Origin: Intoshia linei
Lineage: Eukaryota; Animalia; Orthonectida
Length of the DNA stretch: 64,000 nucleotides
Direction of reading: 5' to 3'
Assembly: GCA_001642005.1 (NCBI GenBank)
Contig: LWCA01000010.1
Coordinates: 1 to 64,000 of the forward strand
Below the pieces are notes generated by a model. That model worked only from the letters and a program-made list of their open reading frames with translations, searched no databases and was not told where the DNA came from. Below are positions 14,851 to 25,400 of this stretch, piece after piece. Numbering within the stretch: the stretch's first letter is position 1; every line of letters starts with the position of its first letter. The position numbers and the translations under genes were made by a program.

Positions 14851-17800
14851 ATGCAAAGACGACCTAGTCAAAACCAAGGTATGCATGAGAAAAATTAATT
14901 GATATTCAAATATAGAAAATAAATCCGTGAGTGCAAATGGATGTTCCGATTGTATCAAAATAGCATCAATAGCATTGATATTTTTGACGTTTCCTATATC
15001 TGTATTTTTTTGCATTAAAATTGTGCAAGAATACCAGAGAGCAATAATTTTCAGATTGGGAAAATTGATATCGGGAGGCGCTCAAGGACCAGGTATACAT
15101 ACAATTTGATATTATTCTTTGGAATGAGTTAAAAATGTATAATTTTTAGGATTATTCTTCATTATACCATGTATTGACGAGTACAGGATAATTGATTTAC
15201 GTACAGTTGCCATTGATGTACCACCACAGGAAATTTTGACCAAGGATTCTGTTACTGTGGCAGTTGATGCCGTCGTTTTTTACCAAATTTTTGATCCCAT
15301 TTTTTCAGTCATTAATGTTGAAGATGCATCGAAAGCTACTAGATTGCTGGCGGCAACATCTCTTAGGAATGAATTGGGGACAAAAAATTTAAGTGATATT
15401 TTGCTGCGCCGAAAAGAAGTTGCCACTAAAATGCAGGTTGGTTATTAGACAATTTTATTGTTTTGCATTATTGTATTATATACAGAAATATTAATAATAT
15501 TCATATTTAGGAATCTTTGGATCAAGCCACAGATAAATGGGGAATCAAAGTCGAAAGAGTCGAAGTGTAGGAATATTTATTTTTTCATTATATTATCATG
15601 TCAATTACCATTATTCATATACGGAGAGAAATTGAGATGATTTTTCTAATACTTTTATTATAATAAAAATAAGTTTCTAAAAATAAAAAGTAATATTGCA
15701 TATCTTATTATAGTGTTTCTTAAATAATTTATATACATCAAAAAGCTTTATTTGGGCGGTTCAAGATGATTAAGATAATTAATAAGAACATGTATGTTAG
15801 TAGTGTGAATTTATCATGTTTTTGCGAAAATGGAAAAAAGTGCGAAACGTTACGTCAAAGATAGGGTTGAGTAATACACAATTATCAAAAAATAAACACA
15901 TTGTACGTATTAGAATAATTTTTAATCCAACTAATTGATTAATAGTCGGAGCGTAACTGAATGAGATTAATAAAGTATAATTATTTAGAAAAGATGTTCG
16001 TCTTCCAATTCAAATGCAAAAATCAATGGGTGCCATAGCAGAAGCTGAAAGAGAAGCGAAAGCTAAGGTATATTCAATTGAATGTCCTAAAAATCTTATA
16101 ATATACATTTTACATGTACTTTTCATTATAACTTATCCATTATCATTTTACTATATTATCATTATTAGTACAGTCAGTTTTCTTAATAGATGGTTACAAA
16201 CACGGAGGCAAAGACACATTTTTAACAACATTTACTTTATAAGTGGGAATAGCGATTCCTCATAAATACCAATGTATTGAAATGGTGCTAGTTTGAGACT
16301 TACATTTTTTGCCACGAAATTCGTAATATAAATTTAATATGACTTATTTAAATTAGAGGCTCTAAACTTTTGTAAATGCCTGGCTCGTTTCGCTATTACA
16401 TTTTATTGGCTTAGTCATTGTCCTATATTAGGCATGTGCAGTGCACATTGTGCACAATACCAATACTTCTTGGTATTTTCTTGGTATTGACTCTCAATAC
16501 CAATATTCTTGATACATTTTTTTCAAAAAACAAACAATTGATGTTGGAGTAATAATAACATAATGAAACAGTTTTTTGAAAAGTATACAGTTAAAATATA
16601 TAAGATTGTAAAATAGTGTAATGTTAAAAGATTAGTTTTAGTAACTGTTATATAAAAAAAACTAAATATATCCCAAATATCAAGGTCTATATCAATCATG
16701 TGTAGCAATGATAATTAATTTCAATTAAAATTAATTAAAAATTTCAATTTTTTGAAATTTATGAATATTTTCTTCTTAATAGCGATTTATTATTTTAATG
16801 AGTCAACTTGAAATATTTTTAAAAGAAAGTTTTTTAGTCCCAACATTTGAGATTTCATCTTTAGTATTGGATACATGATGAGAATCATATTTTTATTATG
16901 CAGTTAAGAAAAATCATATGAAATTGTTTTGGAAAAGTGATGAAAATGTCACAAAATTTAGCTTATATAGTAATAGAAACATTAAAAATCAAATGTGTTT
17001 CAATACCATTACCAAAAAAGTATTGAAATAAAAGTATTGGTATTGCACATGCCTATCCTATACTTACAAAAATTTGAATTTGAATTGAATATGGATGTCT
17101 GTGTTACCGTTTATATAAAAAATAACAGTGCTAAAATTAAAAAAACACTATTTCTAAGACGGTTTGTTAAGAGTGATGTAGTATCGCAAATTTCATTATT
17201 TGAAATTTAATGCTTCAGGGTCAAAACCTAATTTCCCTTTTTTTAAAAAATAAAATCAGTCTTAAACTTTAAAAAATCATATTGACTGGGACGCATTTGA
17301 AAGTCATTAACAGTGTCGTAAATCTCAGCTTCAGAAACTTACATATTTATTATTGAAACCCACATTACCCTTTTTTTATATAAAAAAAGTTCTAGAATTT
17401 TATAATACACTAGGTTGACTGATATGTACTACGTACAAACAGTTTTTCAATTTCAATTTTTATTTTAATCGAAATATTTGAAAAATATTGGTTGATAACA
17501 TATTAAAATTTATTTTTCACCGGGAATGCGTTGATTTCTGGGATTGAAATTTTGTATTTATATCAACTAAAATAAGCTTTATCAGAATAATTTTCTTTTT
17601 TTTAATTTTCGGAATGTTAATTATTTCACATTTTTTGTTTTAATAAAATATAGGAATACTAAAATACTTTTTTGACCATGAAGTCATCACTTATTCGAAT
17701 TGAAATTTTTTATGTGTGTTAACAGGATACAACTGTACGATCTGTAAATTTTTTGAAATTCTAGGACTGTTTTCATTAAAAAAAAAAGGATAATTTGTGG

Positions 17801-19232
17801 TTTTGGCACTGAAGATATAATTTTGTGTTAAATTTAAATTTTTGATAATTTTTATGATTATAAAATTATGATTAAATTTATTTTATTATAATGACTGTCC
17901 GTATCAGCTTATATATTTTTTTAATTTTTTTAACTCGTTTGATTTGCAAAAAAAAGGACAATTGGGGTTTTTGACCCGTAAGATGTGAGTTTAAGGGGTT
18001 GACATTATGTTTGCGAACACCCCGGAAAAAACTGTAATTGAAATGTGGACTTTATAAAATTCTAAGACTAGTAGTTATTGAAATAAAAAGTAACACACAA
18101 AAATATTGCAAATCATATATAAGTGAGGATACATTCTGTCATATTATTCATAATATTAAGCATTATCGTAAATCACAAACCCAGATTACCCGTTTTTTAA
18201 CAATGAAAATAGTCCTAGATTTAAAAAAATAACAACCTATACATTCATATCCAGTTAACACACACCGCAAATTTTACTTTATAAAGTGACGCCTTCAGGG
18301 TCAAAAAAAACACTTTGGTATTAATTTTTTTATTTGGTAATTATTCTATTAACAAAAAATTAGAAATAATCACAATTTGTAAACTTTGAAATTTTGATGT
18401 GTGTTTTTGCAGTGGTCTCTTAGAACCACTGATTTAGAACATAAGAAAATACGACTTGAAAACTAATACAATTTTACTAATAAATAATTATAATGTACAT
18501 TGTACAATGTGCATATGGATATTTTCTCCGATTTAATATTATAGTACAGTAATTTCTTGATTAATTGATTAAACTACATTATAGATTATTATGGCAGAAG
18601 GTGAAGAAAAAGCTGCATTATCGATTAAGAAGGCTGCAGACATTATTGGGTATTATTTATTTCTAGTTTTAATTTACAGTTTATAATTTACGCAACATTT
18701 TTTTTGCTGTCGTCATATTCCAAAAATTTCTGTGAACCACCATAAACCACGTTTCCAAAATGCCGGTTAGATGAAGAATTCATCACAGCTTCCCATAAAA
18801 TTATTGACCTTCTCCGATTGAAAATTCAGCTTTACCTCAGTATGAAGTAGTAGCATTTTTAAGTCATCTTCACAAAGAATAATATAACAGTTTAGTAGAG
18901 ATAATAAAATTTTTTAATAAATATATTTTAAATGATATATTGAATCTCTTATGAGGAACACCAACAAGAATCACTGATTTAGGTTACTTGAATTGTTTTT
19001 TACATGGTATCATCACCTGAACTGAAATGTTCACGAACTTCTTATTAATAATACATTACGATAATAATCAATAATAATTATTATTAGTCTAATACATGTT
19101 CATTTTAGTGACTCGTCAAATGCATTACAATTGCGCTATTTACAAACATTGACATCAATTGCAGAAGATAAGAACTCTACAATAGTATTCCCAATGCCAA
19201 TCGACTTTTTATCCTCACTATTTAAAAAATAA
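14851..19232 (+). CDS. Stomatin / MEC-2-like SPFH protein, paralog 2 (7 exons)
   Basis: Exons 14851-14878, 14916-15092, 15150-15436, 15511-15566, 15989-16067, 18585-18649, 19109-19232. Same intron positions and phases as paralog 1. Motifs: [57 protein letters not shown]. Confidence 0.95.
16429..17055. mobile_element. hAT-type MITE in a stomatin-2 intron
   Basis: TIR TAGGCATGTGCA..AATACCAATACT / AGTATTGGTATTGCACATGCCTA. 8-bp TSD tcctatat / tcctatac. Confidence 0.85.
17409..18100 (-). mobile_element. Helitron-family copy in a stomatin-2 intron
   Basis: Reverse 3' end ACTAGGTTGACTGATATGTACTACGTACAAACAG followed by the reverse complement of the family body. Confidence 0.75.
18775..18880 (-). 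mobile_element. hAT Buster/Charlie-type transposase remnant
   Basis: Minus-strand translation [16 protein letters not shown] resembles the Buster LC...LLLHTEVRWLS motif. Followed by a stop. Confidence 0.5.
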
Positions 19233-19468
19233 TGTATATTATTATATTTTGAATTAATAAAATAATCAAATGACATGTCTTACGCCCATATTTCATAACT
19301 TATAGCTTAAAACATGTTTACGTAATATACCAATTTTACACCTATTCAACAATATACCAATAATGTTTTGATTCTATAAATTATAAATACAATACTTGTG
19401 TAAACACGATAAAATCTAATCAATCTAGATAAAAAAGTGATTTATATGTAAATTTAAACATATATAAA

Positions 19469-22400
19469 ATGAACAAGTACGAAAAAAAACATAGTGATTT
19501 TATGGATGAGATTGGATTAGGTTTTAATGATGATTCACATCACGATAAAAATAATAAGTCTTTGGGTAAGCGTGTAGTACGAAAAGAGGCATCGTTGAAA
19601 GATAATGAACGTTTATTTCTTATTGCAATTGAAAGAGGAGATATAGCGTCAGTAGAAGAAATTTTGAATAATGTAGATTTGTTAAATGTTGACATTAATT
19701 GTGTCGACATGTTAGGTCGGAATGGGTTAATTATTTCAATAGAAAACGAAAACCTCGAAATTATGAACATGTTACTAAATTGTAATATTATCGTTGGCGA
19801 TGGACTTTTGGTAGTTTATAATTATTATTGGTTAATGTTTACTTCCAAGAAGAATTTTAAAATGGCATTACATAGTTTTGGATACCATGAAATAGTTGAC
19901 TTTTTTAAATTTATAAACATTCTTTTAAATTTATACTACTATTTTATCGATTTTAAAATTTAGCATGCAATAAACGAAGAAAATATATTAGCCGTGGAAG
20001 TGTTGCTACCACGTTCACCTCCGGTATTTTATAAAAATATACACATTATATCTACACTTTCAAAGGTTAATGAAACTATTATATCGGATTCGTTTACTCC
20101 AGACATTACTCCAATTATTTTAGCAGCTCACAAGGACAATTACGAAATAATAAAAATATTATTGGATCATGGGTACATAATAAATCAGCCTCATCAGGTG
20201 AAATGGTAATACGCAAAATTTAGTTTAGAACGGAATGTTTACATTTTATTAGTTTCTGCGATGAATGTGTAATGGCTCGTAAAACGGATAGTTTAAATTT
20301 GTCAAGGTCTCGCATAAATGCTTTTAGCGCACTTTCCAGTCCTTCCTTAATTTCTTTGACATCTAAAGATCCTATCCTTAGTGCATTCGAAATAAGCTGC
20401 GATCTCAAGGCTTTAAGCAAACTGGAAAATGAATTTTGCATTAAATACGAAAATTTGGCTGATCAATGCAGAAATTACGCAGTTAGTTTATTAGATCAAA
20501 CTAGGAATTCTGATGAATTATCAACGATTTTGAATCATGATGCTGAACATTCTTATTTGGATGACGATACGTTTCTTAAAAATGACCCGAATTCTGAGTC
20601 TATCGATACTTCACACATGACTCTGGAACGACTCAAATTGGCCATCAAATATAAACAAAAAAAAGTAAGTTTTCTGAGTTTAAAGTTTTTTTTACATACT
20701 TAAACCATTAAGTGAAAAATGTACATTAAGGTGTCTCATGGGTATTTAGAAAAAATATCCTTAGGGCTTAAAATTATAGTATTACTAAAATAATAACTAT
20801 TTATGGTAAAATATTTTGGGCCAACTCCTAATAATGAAGTTAGCCTGACCATTTAAAGTTTTCTATATATACTATATATTACACAATTAATAATGAACTT
20901 TATTTTAACGGAAATTGGCCTTTGAGTTGTTAAACGTGGTACCGACTTTATAATATTGTTCCCTATGTTTAGTTATACTAGTGCGACCATAAGTAGGAAT
21001 TTATACAAAAAGTACGAAATGAAAATAACATGATACTCTATTTCGTACTAATTAAAACGTGACAAATAAGAATAACTAATATATTCTTCAGTGAAAATTT
21101 CACTGAATTATATCAAATAAAGTTTAATATGAAGATGAAATTTGAAAATTTATCAACATTAATTGAGATGCTATTATAGCTACTAATAACAAAAAATAGT
21201 ACAAATTGAGTACGAATTAAATATGGTCGCACTAGTTATACCATAGAAGTCGGTACCACGTAAAAGCCCAAACGCCAATTTATATTAAAATAAAGTTCAG
21301 TTTTAATTTTGTAATATATAGTATATATAGAAAACTTTAAATGGTCAGACTATCTTCAATATTCGTTGAAATGCATTAATATTTTGGAAATATCATTTTT
21401 TTATACTTGATCACTATTATACCTAAGGATGTTCAAAAATGTAATTTTTCATTTTTTTGAGACACCATATTTTTTTAATGTACATATAAATGTAGTATAT
21501 TTTGAGATTTTTAGTTTGTTTCTCACGCAAATTGTCAACAAGTGTTGTCTACCATGTGGTACGAAGGATTACCAGGATTTCGTAGAATGCCTTTTTTCAA
21601 GAAAATCTTTATTGCCATGTTAATTTGTTTTCTTTATCCAATAATGTCAATGATATGTATTATTACGCCTAATTCAAAAATTGGTCTACTCATGCGCCGA
21701 CCCTTTATCAAATTTATATGCAACACTGCATCGTATTTAACATTTCTTTGTAGTTATACTTTTTACCAAATATATAATATTTATTAGTCTTATTGGTTCT
21801 CAAATCTCAAAGAATTGATACCGTCAATTGGTTTGGTTATGATCCAACATACCAAATAAAGTTGCAACTGAGAGGAATGTAATTTTATTAATTTTTATAC
21901 ATATTATATGGTATACCCGGTGTATAGAGCCGAAGTGTATATTACATACCGTAACTAAAGAACAATTACAACAAACATTACAAAATATTGTTATAATGAT
22001 AGTTAATATTAATAAAAACTTAAGAAACCCTGTTGTAAATCATACATATTTTTCGAATTCTACAACATAAAATGATATAGCAAGAAATCCCACACATAGT
22101 GTATTAACTTAAAAATAATAATAATAAAATTTAGGCCATTAACGTATTTGGAATGGACAATACTATTGTGGGTTTTAGGTAATTTTAATGCACTAATACA
22201 GTGGCCAAAAACCCTTGCACAAATTACATCAAAATTTATATAATTCAATTCTGATTTTGAAATATTACCTTCATAATGGTCACACAATAACACATTTCTA
22301 GCAACTTTTAATTAAAATAATTTTTAAATATAATATTTTCTAAAATAGGCTTAATGTTTTCTGAATTTCTACATTTATGGAGTCGGGGAGCAAAAGAATA

Positions 22401-25400
22401 CATGACAGATATGTGGAATATGTTGGATTTTGTTACACTGTCATTATATGTCGCCACATTCACATTAAAAATCATTTCATATTATCAAGTAATAAACATT
22501 GTATATTATGCATATTATTAATATGCACTGCATATAGTTTAAATTATTTATTACACGGTTCAACATGTTGATACGTTTGCAAATAATTTCACCAATTTTT
22601 ATACATTATCATATCCCAGTTATATTTAATATAAATTTGATTCATTAACTATATAATTCATAATTGTAGTGTAAAATTAGGTTGAATACGAAAAATCAAA
22701 ACAATTACAAGCAGCATTTATACCTCGAGAACTATGGGATGCTTTTGATCCCGATTTGATTAGTGAAGGATTATTTTCAGTGGCCAATATATTTAGTTGC
22801 CTTAAATTAGTGTCTATATTTACCATAAATCCACACCTTGGTCCACTTCAAATTTCCTTGGGTCGAATGATTTACGATATATTACGATTCATGTGTATCG
22901 CAGTATTGGTCGTATTTTCTTATGCCTGTGGTGTAAATCAATTATATTGGTATTATGCCGATAGAAGATCAATCGATTGTGATGCCTGCACATTCAACTG
23001 TCTACAAGACGGAGTTCAATGCAAGGATGACGAATGTGACGGATTGTGTAATAAAGCTTTGTCCAAGTAAGTTTACTAAATGAACCTTACTCTTTTTAAA
23101 ATTTTATAAAGTCTCTTTGAAATACTGCAAAGTTTATATTTTGTTGTGTATGCTCTGATAGATGTTCGACGATTTGAAATTAAGGAACCCCACGATTTCA
23201 CTCAGTTTATCGTATTCATTAAAATTCCAAATTTACAAAATTTAGGGAAAATTAATGTTTGGAACGTATAGCGCCATTATTATCATTGTATTATTGAACA
23301 TGCTTATAGCTATGCTTTCAAATTCTTTTCAGAAAATATCGGTATGTGACATGTTAATTTTTTATTCTGTCTTTTGTTGTCAGATTTTTGTGTTTAAGGG
23401 TGTCAACCTAAAAATGTTGTCAATGAATCATCAATAGTATGCTAGAAATTTTTGATCTATAAGTTGTACTTTACCGCATGATAAACAAATATATAATTGT
23501 AGACATATTTTTTCATTTTTTGTGATTGTACTTGAATATGAAATTATATACAATAATGTAAATGCACTATTTCAGCTATTGGAATATATTACAAACTTTG
23601 TATTTTACATTGTATGGATTAGTGGAACCGGACACGTTTCACTTAGTAGAAAATCATTTTGTCACTGAATTTATAGGAAAATTAATGTTTGGGATATTTT
23701 GTGGATTGACGATTATACTCATTATCAATATTCTGATAGCTATGCTCACAAACTCGTATCACACTATAATTGTACTTTTTGACATTACATTGTATTATTA
23801 ATATATTTTTAATTTAGATGGTCACTATTGGTAAGGAAAGTAGTCTTTTCAAGTAATTTTGGTGAATTTATACAAATATAAATAAAACTGACTAAAAATT
23901 TAAACAATTAACTAAAGTAACTAAAAATAACTGGGAAAGTCATTAGTGATTGTCTGAAATGAAAATCTCTATAAATACTATTTATAAATTAAACTATTAA
24001 AAACCGTTGTTATATGTAGAATGACGCCGACACTGAATGGAAATTTGCAAGGTCCCAACTTTGGATTAGTTATTTTGATAAAGATATATCTGTACCTGTT
24101 CCATTAAACTTGGTTCCCATTCCATATAATCTTTTTAAACGAGCCAAAAAAATTTTTCACCAAATATGGTCGGTAAATTAATTTTTTTCACTATTAAATT
24201 ATAAGAGCTACTTAATCAGTGTTTCGCGGAACAATGGTGCTTCCTTGAATTAAATCAATTAAATTAATATATTTATATATTAAAAGAATGGAAACTATCC
24301 ATAAATGAAATTATTTGCGAAAAAATTTATAGAAGGGTCTCGATGATGGTAGATTAGACTCTGCATATCTGTTCCGCGAAATAATATAATTAAAAGCAAA
24401 GAATCACATACAAATAACTACATTACATACATCTATAAAATTTAGTACAGCAAGAATGAGCGAGATGAAAAATGGAAACGAATCAAAGTACATATTTAAT
24501 ATATTGATTGATAACACTAGGTCACAAAACGAAATTTTTTTTAATATAGCAGGGATAATTTTATATACTGTTACATACTTTATATACTGAGAATTTTTTT
24601 GTTTATTTAACAGTAGTTTCATTTTTAATAGTTGAGATCAAAATTTGAAAATATACATAGATTAATATAAAATTTAATTAACAAAATAACATAATGTTTA
24701 TCATTGTTTCGTATTCCATAGATAGTATCCAAGCATATTTTTCATATATTTAAATCGGTATCTATTTACATATAGGAGGAGTTGTTGGTGGAACCTCTCT
24801 CCATGTTCGTCGGACCAGGCTCCACAATTTTCGGGAAACATATTTAGGTGGCATTATAAATAATGCATTTTTGGACTTAGACGACATCCCATCGCACAAG
24901 TTTTAAAGTGTAACGTCTCTGGCTTTTTAAAGTACATATAGCATACACTGCAAATATGTGATGGGTCCAAATATTTTTTACGTTTTTTGCTGACATGCCA
25001 AAAGTACGTTCGTATGCAATGATAGTTGAATTCTTTATATCATATATTCTCTTTGATTTGACAAGGTAAATGCCGTAGATGTAACAATACTTTGATGCGT
25101 TTTCGTAATTAAACATGTTTAAGTTACAAGAAAAATTATTTAAATGGGTATATCTTTGAAACCTGATATCTGATGATCTGATATCAAAATAATATTTTCG
25201 ATATATGAATTTGTGTTTTCTAATCTTTACATTAGTAGGATTATTAGTATGCTATATTTTTTTCGGTTTATTTCGTGCCCTAGTGTAATATATTAAAAAT
25301 TATTTTTCACCGGGAATGCGTGATTTCTGGGGTTGAAATTTTGTATTTATATCAACTAGAATAAACTCTATCAGAATAATCTTTTTTTTTTAATTTTCAA

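Noticed and set aside
23576-23771. Module B as an assembly or allelic duplicate, or as a constitutive second pore domain
   Set aside because: It is too diverged (about 48% aa, different intron structure) to be an allele, and joint inclusion with A is out of frame.
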